Part shown: positions 25,668-34,975 of the stretch, one piece after another
Layout: each line of letters begins with the position of its first letter
How positions within the stretch are numbered: the first letter of the stretch is position 1
DNA from: Escherichia phage ECP2303
DNA length: 64,000 nt
Direction: 5' to 3' (one strand)
Sequence record: PP261279.1
The notes under the pieces: model-generated
Told to the model about the DNA's origin: nothing
The model's input: only the letters and a program-made list of their open reading frames with translations
The model's database searches: none
Position numbers and translations under genes: made by a program

Positions 25668-26421
25668 TAATTCTTCTCCTTACTGCAGGCTCGTTTGCTA
25701 AGAATACAGCTCTTGCCCAGCCACGTGGTGTAAGGCTTCGAATCATCTTCGTCCTTGCACTCTTTCCACCTAGCTTAGCGTGTTGCATGGAATAACCACT
25801 AACCACATCAACTATTTGCGGGACAGGTTTTGTGGCGGGGATTATAAATCCATTGCCTATCCAACCGCAAGTTATTTTTGGGTAGGCATCACGTGGAGCT
25901 ATAAATTCAGGAAACCATGGGTTTACATCATCCTCTGGTAGATACCCACCATAATCCGAAGGATGAAAACGGTAATCAGGTTTTCGCCACAGTGTTGACA
26001 TAACTCCTACAGGGTTCTCTACATGCCACGGGCAATCGTAAATCTCTCCCAACTCTTCTGCAACCCGAGCATCTTTCACAGCATCAATTTGGATCAGAGG
26101 ATCCTTAGCCAGCTTTTTCTTAAAGTGTGCAGCTCCGGATACTGCTAAATGCGTGCACGGAGGAAATGCAAGAATAAAGTCTGGAGCTGGGTACATGCAA
26201 AAAGTTTCTTGAGGGAACCACGGGTCAATCCAATAATCCACGTAGTGAATGTTGGAATGATCGGTTATCACCTCTGCATAACTGCCATGGTCAGCACCTT
26301 CTGCGTTAAAGCACAGGCACAGATATCCAGCTTTTGCCCAGTCAATAACTGCACCACCAGACCCGTCAAATAGACTCCACACAACACCTTTGTGGTAGTG
26401 TTCTTTGTAGATAAATTTCAA
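25657..26421 (-). CDS. C5-cytosine methyltransferase-like protein with atypical PPCT catalytic motif
   Basis: Motif order matches C5-MTases: I SLFDGSGG, IV AFPPCTHLAVSG (PCQ is canonical), VI HVENPVG; likely TTG start after RBS aggagg; ORF-track start lies upstream of the terminator hairpin. Confidence 0.55.
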   Translation of the reverse strand: MKFIYKEHYHKGVVWSLFDGSGGAVIDWAKAGYLCLCFNAEGADHGSYAEVITDHSNIHYVDYWIDPWFPQETFCMYPAPDFILAFPPCTHLAVSGAAHFKKKLAKDPLIQIDAVKDARVAEELGEIYDCPWHVENPVGVMSTLWRKPDYRFHPSDYGGYLPEDDVNPWFPEFIAPRDAYPKITCGWIGNGFIIPATKPVPQIVDVVSGYSMQHAKLGGKSARTKMIRSLTPRGWARAVFLANEPAVRRRINGQ

Positions 26422-26438
26422 TTTGCTGCCTCCTAATG

Positions 26439-26467
26439 CAAAAAGCCCCACCCTTTCGGGCAGGGCC
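26439..26467 (-). terminator. rho-independent terminator with GAAA tetraloop (copy 2)
   Basis: Minus-sense gccctgcccGAAAgggtggggc followed by tttttgcatt; near-identical to 16280-16308. Confidence 0.6.
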
Positions 26468-26472
26468 TAGTG

Positions 26473-26955
26473 TTAAACCCGGATACCTATTGTATACTCG
26501 GTGGATACCAATGTCAAATCTAAATTTAAAATTTCTTGCATCTCATAGTATGCATCCAGAGTGAGATACATTTCCCCATCCTCTTCTACATACTTGTCGA
26601 GATGTTTGAGGCACTTTGGATAACTATCAAGGGCAGCTTTTAAGCACTCAAACTCCGTGCTGTTGATGAATCCTTCCATCTTGGCTACCCGTTCTGGAGT
26701 AACAATAGCACTGTAGTGAGATTTAGCTTCCTGAATGCAATGGGTCCAAGCATCAACTTTCTCTTCAAAAAGCCCGAAGAATTTCTTTTTGGTAAGTTTC
26801 AGATTTTTTAAGTGCTTAAGCACTCGGTTGCCGATTACAGCCACATCACGAAACTTAAAGATAACTTTGTCGATATCCTCGCGGCCTATTTTCACAAAGC
26901 AGGCCTTGCACATCTCGGGAGCAGCGTAGCCTACCTTCCACATAAAATCTGACAT
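26473..26955 (-). CDS. hypothetical protein
   Basis: 160-aa ORF. Confidence 0.6.
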   Translation of the reverse strand: MSDFMWKVGYAAPEMCKACFVKIGREDIDKVIFKFRDVAVIGNRVLKHLKNLKLTKKKFFGLFEEKVDAWTHCIQEAKSHYSAIVTPERVAKMEGFINSTEFECLKAALDSYPKCLKHLDKYVEEDGEMYLTLDAYYEMQEILNLDLTLVSTEYTIGIRV

Positions 26956-26967
26956 AACACTCCCTCC

Positions 26968-27366
26968 TTATTCTTGAAAAGCAACGATATCGTATGAGCT
27001 TGCAGACGAGCCGGGTGAAGAGTGGCTCCAGTCTAGATCATCAGAATAGTCAGCATACTGTGCACCACTCCGCAGTTTATATTTTACCCACTTACCTGGT
27101 GCAGGGTTTTCACCACCTTCCCATACTTCCCAACCTTCTGGCAATCCGTCGTCCTGAGAGTTGTCGTCCACCTCACTAATAATCTTAGGGTTTGGAACCA
27201 AGATCCATGCAGGCTCTTCCTTCTTAGCAAGTGTCCACACAATGTATGTGTCTGAGCAGGAGCATGTCAGTAAAGTATACCCACTGTTCAGAGCTTCTGC
27301 AAGCTCTTTTTCAGCATCTTCTAATTTGGTTAGGTGGTATTGGATAATCTTCACATCTGTAATCAT
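26968..27366 (-). CDS. hypothetical protein
   Basis: 132-aa ORF. Confidence 0.6.
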   Translation of the reverse strand: MITDVKIIQYHLTKLEDAEKELAEALNSGYTLLTCSCSDTYIVWTLAKKEEPAWILVPNPKIISEVDDNSQDDGLPEGWEVWEGGENPAPGKWVKYKLRSGAQYADYSDDLDWSHSSPGSSASSYDIVAFQE

Positions 27367-27671
27367 CAGAAACCTCCTGTCTCTTCAGCAAATGCAGCCG
27401 CTGTTGTTGCTGCATCCAGATAGGACTCTAGTTCACGTGCTGCCCGTTTGTAAATCGAGTGGCGCATATCGTTCGGCAGTTGGTGAAAATCCACCTCTTC
27501 TCCGTTGTGGTAAACATGCACATCAGTAATCTGTCTAAATCCATAATAATCAACATCAGAATCACGGCACTCTGGATCTGGCAACTGGACAACTGCCTGA
27601 GCCTCTACAGTGAGCATATTGTCAAGTTCGAAATCGATTTCAAAAGTATATGGTTTATAACGCTTCATCAT
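27366..27671 (-). CDS. hypothetical protein
   Basis: 101-aa ORF. Confidence 0.6.
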   Translation of the reverse strand: MMKRYKPYTFEIDFELDNMLTVEAQAVVQLPDPECRDSDVDYYGFRQITDVHVYHNGEEVDFHQLPNDMRHSIYKRAARELESYLDAATTAAAFAEETGGF

Positions 27672-27727
27672 TCGGTGTTCTCCTTGTCTTGTGTGAAGAG
27701 TAGACCTCTCCTTCGATATTTTAAATA

Positions 27728-29071
27728 TTACTCTAAATCTTCTTCTGAGTCAAGCCTATCTTTCACAACTAAGTTCTGGGCAAGTTTGTAATAACGAAAG
27801 CCCCCACCACCTTGCCAGTTTACAGATTTAGAAATACCACTTTGATCTTCACCATCGATCACTTTTTGCAAGCGTGGAATAATATGGGTATGACAATGAT
27901 CTCCTAGCTCAACCGAGATCCAACGTCTTTTCATCTTGTGAGCTACAGCAGCAGTAGTTCCCGAACCGCCGAATGAATCCAATACTAAATCTCCTTCTCG
28001 CGTACACATTTCTAAAATCCGCTTCAAAAGCGCTTCAGGTTTTTTTCCATTTTTGAAACTAACGCCCCCTTCATTTGCTATTCCATTCCAACTAATGTCA
28101 GTCCAAACATCAGTTATTAGTTCAGCAGGCTGCATCTCACCGTCAATTTCCAAAAGCCTATTGGAATAAAAGACCATTTGCCTACCATTTGCGATATAAA
28201 AGCCTTCGACATCCTCATTTGGATGTACATAAACCTTATCCCTATCTTTCTTTGACTTCTCGATAGTTTCTTTTCTCTTTATTTTGGCACCACCGCCAAT
28301 TGCAACGGATTGAAATACACGTTCTGCATTATCAATTGCAAATTGTGCTAATTCATAATCAAATGTATCAGGCAGTTTTTTCTTGGCTTCTTTTGTATCT
28401 TTATAGCCATTGGCCTTTGCAAACGCATCGGCAATACCGCACCACGTCCAACTTTTATAATGGTCATCTGGGTTTAATAGATATTTGTTATATCCCGTAT
28501 CATACTCTTTAGGTATATAGATTTTGTTAAGTGGTTTCTTGGTACGATCTTTTGCATATACAAGCAAAAAGTTTGCTGTGGAGAAAACTGTAGTTCCTGT
28601 TGCTTTAAAGCCTGAAGGGCAATTTGTAGTCATCGATATGGTATTTAACTGATTTGCACGACCAAAAATCTCGTCCATCAAGACTTTTAAATAAGCCATT
28701 TCGCAGTCATCTAAGTGAACGAATATCACTCCATCATCGCTTAGCAGATTACGAATTATTTCTAATCTGTCCCGCATTAAGCCCAGCCAAATGGAGTGCT
28801 CCAGGCTATCATCGTAGTGCTCAAAATCCCTTCCGGTATTGAATGGCGGGTCTATGTAAACACACTTCACTTTGCCTGCATACTCTTGCTCTAGTGCCTT
28901 CAATGCCAGTAAGTTATCTCCAAAAATCAGTTTATTATCAAAAATATCGTTTTCGGTCACCTTTTTACTGGCGTGATAAGACTTGCTCGAATCTTCTAAC
29001 AAAATGTGAGGCTCTAGCTTTTTGCGCTCGTTCTTACCTATCCAGGTAAGTTCTAATTTGGTTTTACTCAT
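27728..29071 (-). CDS. DNA methyltransferase, beta-class (N6-adenine or N4-cytosine), Type III Mod-like orphan
   Basis: 447 aa; motif IV VYIDPPFNTG before motif I LVLDSFGGSGTTA (beta-class order); N-terminal LIFGDNLLALKAL. Confidence 0.85.
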   Translation of the reverse strand: MSKTKLELTWIGKNERKKLEPHILLEDSSKSYHASKKVTENDIFDNKLIFGDNLLALKALEQEYAGKVKCVYIDPPFNTGRDFEHYDDSLEHSIWLGLMRDRLEIIRNLLSDDGVIFVHLDDCEMAYLKVLMDEIFGRANQLNTISMTTNCPSGFKATGTTVFSTANFLLVYAKDRTKKPLNKIYIPKEYDTGYNKYLLNPDDHYKSWTWCGIADAFAKANGYKDTKEAKKKLPDTFDYELAQFAIDNAERVFQSVAIGGGAKIKRKETIEKSKKDRDKVYVHPNEDVEGFYIANGRQMVFYSNRLLEIDGEMQPAELITDVWTDISWNGIANEGGVSFKNGKKPEALLKRILEMCTREGDLVLDSFGGSGTTAAVAHKMKRRWISVELGDHCHTHIIPRLQKVIDGEDQSGISKSVNWQGGGGFRYYKLAQNLVVKDRLDSEEDLE

Positions 29072-29132
29072 CGTTTGGTGCTCTCCTTAATTTTTGTGGG
29101 GAGGAGTGCCTCCCCTTTATACTCACATCTTA

Positions 29133-29474
29133 CTACTCAAGGTCTTCAGAGTCAAGCTCAAAAAGAATCAAACTGTGCATGCCTGCAGAGAGATCAACAC
29201 ACCCTGCAACAATAAGGGTTTGATAGTAAGGTTCAGCACCCTCAATATCTTCGTTAAAATCCACAACAAGGTAGTCACCTTTGTTAAAGGTGTATTTGTC
29301 CGATGTAAACGCAAAACCTGCCCAGTCACCTACTGCAGGATCTTTATCAGTCACCTTTGTTAGCAGTAGATCTTTTTCACGAGATCTTTTAGTAAAATCG
29401 TGAATCACAACATCCTTCTCTTCAGGAGTCGGATTGCCACACACGTAGTTAACGATATTTCTCCACAAACTCAT
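29133..29474 (-). CDS. hypothetical protein
   Basis: 113-aa ORF; 4-nt overlap with the Dda-like gene. Confidence 0.6.
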   Translation of the reverse strand: MSLWRNIVNYVCGNPTPEEKDVVIHDFTKRSREKDLLLTKVTDKDPAVGDWAGFAFTSDKYTFNKGDYLVVDFNEDIEGAEPYYQTLIVAGCVDLSAGMHSLILFELDSEDLE

Positions 29475-30841
29475 ACGTCCCCCTTTTCTGCTCTAGTTTC
29501 AAAATCTTTCCTGACTTTCTCGTCTAAGCCAGGAAAAGTTGTATTATAAAACTCTACGACTCTCGGGTCAACAATAATATCCACCTCTCTTAATGGACGC
29601 AACAAGTTTATTCCTTGTATCGTCTTAACCCGACTCAAGGCAACATACGTCATTCCGGGAGAGAAAGCTCCGTTCTTTCCGAGGTCCAGGTTGTAACAAT
29701 CTAGCGTAAGTCCTTGACTTTTATGTGATGTTACTGCGTACCCTGATTTCAAAGGGAGTTGCTCATAAGACCCGATCACAACCCTCTCTATGAACTTCTC
29801 CATCTTCCTTTCGGCAATATTGTACCTCTGGGAAGGTTTGTACTCGTTATTCTCCCACAATCTCGGCTCAATTTCAACCTGTGCCCCGTCTTCCAGCTCA
29901 ACTACTACAGATTTGGTCTTGAATTTTACCACTGTGGCGCGTGTCCCGTTGACATAGTACGGAACTTTGTGGGTAGGGTCAACATCGTTTGAGGTTATCA
30001 TAACCTTCATCCCTATCTTCAGCCTCATTTCCTGCTCCACAGGCAGTGTGGAAGGGAACTTACCTTTCATTTTACCAATGTAGGTCTTCTCTGGGGCCTT
30101 GATGGCATCATAGAAACGTCTGTTCACCTCCTCTGCTTGCTTATTGGTGGCACAGATGGTCAAGGCATCTGTTGGGACACCACCATGATAGCAACGAGTG
30201 TTAAGCTCTGCTACAACCTCTTTTATGCGACGACCTTCACGAACACAGTTCAACATTGTGGCGAAGCGAACAGATTCCTGACGGAACTGGTCTACTAAGG
30301 CTATATTGTGAAGATTAAGATCCTCCCAAGATTTTGTATAGCAACACAGATCTGTGTGGTAGAAGTTGAAGTAGGCCTCCTTCTCCATAGAAGAGACAAC
30401 TGGAGGTGCTTGGTAGAAGTCTCCAAACAATAACACCTGAATGCCTCCGAAAGGCTTGTCATTTTTCCGAAGAAAGCGGAGTTTTCTATCCATCTCTATG
30501 AACTTGTCAGCACGGATCATGGAGATTTCATCGATAATTAGGATGGTAAATGCCTTGCTTTTCAGAGGCTTTGCTGTTTTTGCCCTTATTGCTGTCCAGT
30601 CTGACTCCATGCTCACACCTGCGGCAAGATCGAAAGTTCGGTGAGCTGTTGCTCCATTAACGTTTAAAGCGGCTACCCCTGTCGGGGCAACCGTTATGCA
30701 AGAGTCTCCATACATGGACTGGATTATGTTGATAAGATATGTCTTCCCTGTTCCACCAGGTCCACTTACGAAGACATTCTCACCGCTCATGATTGCAACA
30801 AGGGCAGCATCTGTGCCTACATCGTACTGCCCTTTTTCCAT
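29471..30841 (-). CDS. dda: SF1B DNA helicase, Dda/Pif1/RecD-like
   Basis: 456 aa; Walker A GPGGTGKTY; VAPTGVAA; Walker B DEISMI; VTSHKSQGLTLD. Confidence 0.8.
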   Translation of the reverse strand: MEKGQYDVGTDAALVAIMSGENVFVSGPGGTGKTYLINIIQSMYGDSCITVAPTGVAALNVNGATAHRTFDLAAGVSMESDWTAIRAKTAKPLKSKAFTILIIDEISMIRADKFIEMDRKLRFLRKNDKPFGGIQVLLFGDFYQAPPVVSSMEKEAYFNFYHTDLCCYTKSWEDLNLHNIALVDQFRQESVRFATMLNCVREGRRIKEVVAELNTRCYHGGVPTDALTICATNKQAEEVNRRFYDAIKAPEKTYIGKMKGKFPSTLPVEQEMRLKIGMKVMITSNDVDPTHKVPYYVNGTRATVVKFKTKSVVVELEDGAQVEIEPRLWENNEYKPSQRYNIAERKMEKFIERVVIGSYEQLPLKSGYAVTSHKSQGLTLDCYNLDLGKNGAFSPGMTYVALSRVKTIQGINLLRPLREVDIIVDPRVVEFYNTTFPGLDEKVRKDFETRAEKGDV

Positions 30842-32082
30842 TACGCCTCCTCGTAGATAATGTCGATAGTGTTACCGTCGCGGTCAACCACGTACTCAAT
30901 TGGGTCGCCATCTTTGCGTGATTCTGGAGCTACTACGATTTCGTAGCGGCATGCACGGCACTTGGCACTGTTGTGTTGGTAAGGCACACTAACTACATCA
31001 GCAGGGTCAACCATAACCGTCATCACAGTTCCATAGCTCTTTGCATACTCTTTGCTGGCACAGTGCAGGCCATAAGAGCATGCAGCTTCCGGATCATCCT
31101 CTACAAAGTTACGGGGCATGGATACAAAAGCCCCCTGGTATTGTGGGACTTTACCACTGTGCCAATCCACCCACTTGTCGCCGTTAAACTGAACCCCTTT
31201 GTAGCAAATGATTCGACCATCTTCTGCAATCTGAATGTCGTTTGCCTGCATAAAATCGTAGAGCATGTTTACAGATTTTGCAGAAGGATTGCGTAGCAGG
31301 CGAACGAGGAATTTCACATAGCGGTCATCCAGTGTTCCGTCTGCATAATCTTTCTCAATTTTCTTTGCAATGGTGGATCGCATCTCTACACCGTAGTAGT
31401 AGAGCTTACCATCTTTCATGATCAGGTTGTCTGCAAGTGTGGTGAACTCATTCTTGCGTTCCAGCCAGACAAGGATTTCACCAATTGCCTCGTCATATTC
31501 CTGAACAGAGATATGTTCGAAGACTTTCTGGTAAACTTCCTCGCTTTCACTGCGGCGAATTTCAAAAATACCTTCGTTGCAGGTGATCTGGAGGAGTTCC
31601 CCGCAAATAACCACCAAAGGCTCGATGCTTCGGGTCTGTTGCTGAGACACACTGCTCACCACCTCCAGCACCGGGTCTTTGACTTCTACTAAAGGTTCTT
31701 CTGACTTGATTGCTACCCCAGTGAACCCTACACCGTGAACAACACACAGCGGATATACCACGCCCCAACGTTTAACGGAACCTTCTCCTAAATCTAAGAT
31801 CATGGCGTACTTACCGTTATCTTCCAGCCCATATCGAAATAAACGGGCCTCTTCACGGGTTTCAAAATCCTCACGGGTGTAGCAGACGCTGTCACGGTCA
31901 GGATCGAACAACTCTGGGGCACCTACTGCCAGTGTCCAGGTTGTGTTACCTTTCTCAATAGCGCATGTGAAACCCTTCTTCTCAAGCTCTGCACGGCGGT
32001 CACGTGCTTCTTTACGAGTTTTGAAATGTTCGTAGATGAAAATCATCTTGGTCTCCTTATTTGATGTTATTCTTTGTATCAA
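30841..32082 (-). CDS. hypothetical protein (possible rIIB-like partner of the upstream GHKL protein)
   Basis: 413 aa; start overlaps the end of the GHKL gene by 26 nt; rIIB assignment rests on gene order only. Confidence 0.55.
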   Translation of the reverse strand: MIQRITSNKETKMIFIYEHFKTRKEARDRRAELEKKGFTCAIEKGNTTWTLAVGAPELFDPDRDSVCYTREDFETREEARLFRYGLEDNGKYAMILDLGEGSVKRWGVVYPLCVVHGVGFTGVAIKSEEPLVEVKDPVLEVVSSVSQQQTRSIEPLVVICGELLQITCNEGIFEIRRSESEEVYQKVFEHISVQEYDEAIGEILVWLERKNEFTTLADNLIMKDGKLYYYGVEMRSTIAKKIEKDYADGTLDDRYVKFLVRLLRNPSAKSVNMLYDFMQANDIQIAEDGRIICYKGVQFNGDKWVDWHSGKVPQYQGAFVSMPRNFVEDDPEAACSYGLHCASKEYAKSYGTVMTVMVDPADVVSVPYQHNSAKCRACRYEIVVAPESRKDGDPIEYVVDRDGNTIDIIYEEA

Positions 32083-34039
32083 TCAGTTCACGGTATTCAA
32101 TCATAGCAGGAGTGTCCCAATATTTCAAGCCTACATGCTTCAAAAGTGGATATTTCTTTTCCAATCTTGCAATATAGGCCTTCCCGCACTTAACCCGGTT
32201 GGCGATTAAGATTTTGGCACGATGATTTAGCTCACCGTACTTCCACGTGGTGCTACCTTCCCACTTGTGAAAATGTGGCCGATAACTTCCAAAATCCTGC
32301 ATGGGGATAATTTTACCTAACTGTCTGTACAGGCTGTCATATGAAGTTTCATTTGCTGCGCGAGTTAGTAAGAATTTCCAAGCATCCTCTTTCAACAAAT
32401 GTTCCACATTCTTCTCTGTAACATATTGGCAATCAGGATCAGTCCAAAGCAGACGAGATTCCGACACCAGGTACAGATCTTCCCCTTCAGGAATCTGGAG
32501 TGCCGCACGCACACGGTCATAATCTTGCTGGTAGATGTTGCTCATCTGCCCTAGCCAACAACTTCCGCGTTGGATATCCCCCTCATACGGTATGCAGTGC
32601 TTAATCTTCCTGAACTCTGCCTTAGTAATACGCTCACGCCGGAAGTAACCATCCTTCTCAAGTTTTTTAACCCAATAGCCTGGTTCGTAACGGGTTTTGG
32701 TTTCACCTTTCTTCGTAGGTCGGCGTGGAAGCTCCGATAACAATTTGACCGTATCTGCAAAAAACGGATGGTGTGCCGCCTCTTTAAACTCTTTCACCAG
32801 ATCCGTGTTACGGCAATAGAAAACGTTGCGTCCGGTAATCTCGCTTAAGTAGTTACACTTATTCCGGTTATATTTGCCGTCTCCGTCGTTAAATACTAAA
32901 TAAACTCCCCGTAAGAATTCTACCTTTCCGTAGCAGGCGTAACCTATGCGGCCTTTATTTAAGCCGCCAGCGAAGATCTCGCAGTCCCCCAAATTTCCTA
33001 GCCCTGTTTCTTCCCAGCGGTCATACATAAAATTCTTACCGAAGATGTGCCCGAACACTCCACTGTTCTTCATCATCTCGCGTGCTTCTGAGGATGTTTT
33101 TGCTGTCTCCAGTTCTGCAACAACTTCTGCTCCACGAAGGCGAATGCCTTCTTTGACAAAAGCTTCCAAACGCTCTTGGAATCCACCATCGTCGTGACCT
33201 TCTATGGTCCATTCACGCCCTGGGTTAATATTGCAATCTCCGATAGGGATCTCTACACAAATTGCAGGATAATCTATTAGTGTCTCCAGGAACTTAGAAC
33301 GGTAAGGTTGGTGACCCATTACCACACGACTCTCGTCAGAGCTGGTATAACCCTTCAGGATGGTCATTTTCCAACCATCCTTCTCGTAGTGATACTGCGC
33401 CTCAACCTTGTCACCTTCCAGCATCTTACTGGTCATAGGGTCGGTAACGGTAAACGGAAACTTTGCATAGCGTAGGCATGACGCAATAGCAGTGCGATAT
33501 TTCAGGACATGCTCTTTCTTAACATGGAACTGAACTTTTACCCCGTTGTGCTCTTCAGTCTTCCGCTCGCGGATCTTGGTAACGTTTGGGATACCCTGAT
33601 CCAAGAACAATAGATATGTGCTTTCAACACCATTGTGCACACTGATAACATCGAAAGTGTCCACCATGCTGAACGGAGCCTTTGAACCAACACCTTTATT
33701 ACCTACCAGAGCGTTGCTGTTGCGCTTGGTTGACTCCCCGAGGTTCATGAAAGTGTTGCGGACCATCTCTTCTGACATGCCCAATCCAACGTCCTGCACA
33801 AAGAAGTATGGTTCAAGGTCTGTAGGGGAGTGAATGATGATCGGTACATCACCCCGTCCAGACTCAACATGAGAGTCCACAGCATTGAAGATTGGTTCAC
33901 GGCAGCTTGCCAGCACCTTATCTTCGTAAATCCCTTTAATGATTAGCCCAAAAGTCTCTTTGTTCAGAGAAATTGAGCCCCTGGTGACCTCCATATTTCC
34001 GGTTAGTACTGCTTTAGTTTCATTACTGTTTACAATCAT
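32057..34039 (-). CDS. GHKL-type ATPase domain protein (Hsp90/MutL/histidine-kinase-like fold; rIIA-like)
   Basis: 660 aa; N-box REPIFNAVDS, G1 VQDVGLGMS, G2 GNKGVGSKAPF in GHKL order and spacing. Confidence 0.6.
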   Translation of the reverse strand: MIVNSNETKAVLTGNMEVTRGSISLNKETFGLIIKGIYEDKVLASCREPIFNAVDSHVESGRGDVPIIIHSPTDLEPYFFVQDVGLGMSEEMVRNTFMNLGESTKRNSNALVGNKGVGSKAPFSMVDTFDVISVHNGVESTYLLFLDQGIPNVTKIRERKTEEHNGVKVQFHVKKEHVLKYRTAIASCLRYAKFPFTVTDPMTSKMLEGDKVEAQYHYEKDGWKMTILKGYTSSDESRVVMGHQPYRSKFLETLIDYPAICVEIPIGDCNINPGREWTIEGHDDGGFQERLEAFVKEGIRLRGAEVVAELETAKTSSEAREMMKNSGVFGHIFGKNFMYDRWEETGLGNLGDCEIFAGGLNKGRIGYACYGKVEFLRGVYLVFNDGDGKYNRNKCNYLSEITGRNVFYCRNTDLVKEFKEAAHHPFFADTVKLLSELPRRPTKKGETKTRYEPGYWVKKLEKDGYFRRERITKAEFRKIKHCIPYEGDIQRGSCWLGQMSNIYQQDYDRVRAALQIPEGEDLYLVSESRLLWTDPDCQYVTEKNVEHLLKEDAWKFLLTRAANETSYDSLYRQLGKIIPMQDFGSYRPHFHKWEGSTTWKYGELNHRAKILIANRVKCGKAYIARLEKKYPLLKHVGLKYWDTPAMIEYRELIDTKNNIK

Positions 34040-34536
34040 TTATTGCGCTCCTTGTAGTAGATATGACTCCCGAACTGAGCTGTCCTCTGCATCTTTTTTG
34101 CCCATTTCGGTCGTACTTTGGTTGTATGGTAGTGTGTTGCTCCACCTGTTATGTCCATAGCCATGTATGCAACATGGTTGTTATTATAGACCTTTAGAAG
34201 CATCTTTGCAAGACTTTTAGCGTGATCCCATGAATCTTTTTCTGTCACCTTAAAAGTTTTGCCGTGGTTTGTCCACGAAAACTGGTTAGGTTGGTAGACA
34301 ATCTTTCTTATGGTGTCTGGGTATTTGGGGTGAGATTTCCTGTTTAGGGTGGCAAACCCAGATGCCAGCATACCCATCGTGCCATCCCCTCTAGCTTCCC
34401 TGTAGATATTGCATGCTAGAATGTTTTCCTTAGTATCTGATGGCTTGCAAGTATGGTATACTTTTTGTTTTGGTGCTGCAACAACAGGCAGCGATAAAAA
34501 TGCGCTCAAAATAATAGCAAAGATCTTAATTTTCAC
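34036..34536 (-). CDS. secreted cell-wall hydrolase, SleB/CwlJ-like
   Basis: 166 aa; signal peptide MKIKIFAIILSAFLSLPVVAA; NIYREARGDG...ATLNR...YQPNQFSW matches the SleB-type signature; probable GTG start. Confidence 0.65.
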   Translation of the reverse strand: MKIKIFAIILSAFLSLPVVAAPKQKVYHTCKPSDTKENILACNIYREARGDGTMGMLASGFATLNRKSHPKYPDTIRKIVYQPNQFSWTNHGKTFKVTEKDSWDHAKSLAKMLLKVYNNNHVAYMAMDITGGATHYHTTKVRPKWAKKMQRTAQFGSHIYYKERNK

Positions 34537-34554
34537 AATAACTCCAAATAGAAA

Positions 34555-34576
34555 ATCCCCGCCGAAGCGGGGGAGG
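34555..34576 (-). terminator. terminator/attenuator hairpin
   Basis: Minus-sense cccccgcttcggcgggg followed by attttctattt; same stem-loop as 60698-60713. Confidence 0.45.
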
Positions 34577-34585
34577 TCTTAGAAA

Positions 34586-34966
34586 TTAATCGTAGTGTGC
34601 CAAAATCTCTCCATCGTTGCAAGTTCCCTCTACAAAGTTATGAAGATTCATGCACTCATCTTGATAGAAGAATTTACCGCTTTTCAGCCGTAAGCCAAAC
34701 AACTCCGCATCTCCACGATGGCAAGCCTCTACAAGTTCATAGATTTCATACGGCAACTCTCCGTCGTCATGGAAGAACCCAGCCTTATCGTTGACATAGA
34801 TGAAGAAATAATCACTGCTGTCGCAAGCGTCCAATATTTTAAACCAGATTTCATCTACATCTTTTTCTCGGATATCGATCACGCAAGTGGAGCTGCATTC
34901 GTACTCCTTCTCCGGCTCCTCGGTCAATACCACCAGGTAGTTTCCCCGCTTACCTACTTTAGCCAT
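34586..34966 (-). CDS. hypothetical protein
   Basis: 126-aa ORF. Confidence 0.6.
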   Translation of the reverse strand: MAKVGKRGNYLVVLTEEPEKEYECSSTCVIDIREKDVDEIWFKILDACDSSDYFFIYVNDKAGFFHDDGELPYEIYELVEACHRGDAELFGLRLKSGKFFYQDECMNLHNFVEGTCNDGEILAHYD

Positions 34967-34975
34967 ACAACCTCC

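Noticed and set aside
25657-26421. Thymidylate synthase or dCMP hydroxymethylase identity, suggested by the PPC motif
   Set aside because: Lacks the other thymidylate synthase signature blocks; the FxGxGG ... PC ... ENV order fits a C5-methyltransferase fold better.
25657-34039. Complete helicase-methylase-GHKL ATPase defence operon
   Set aside because: The components are interspersed with unrelated small genes and each has a simpler phage-typical explanation; kept only as a low-probability alternative in the findings.
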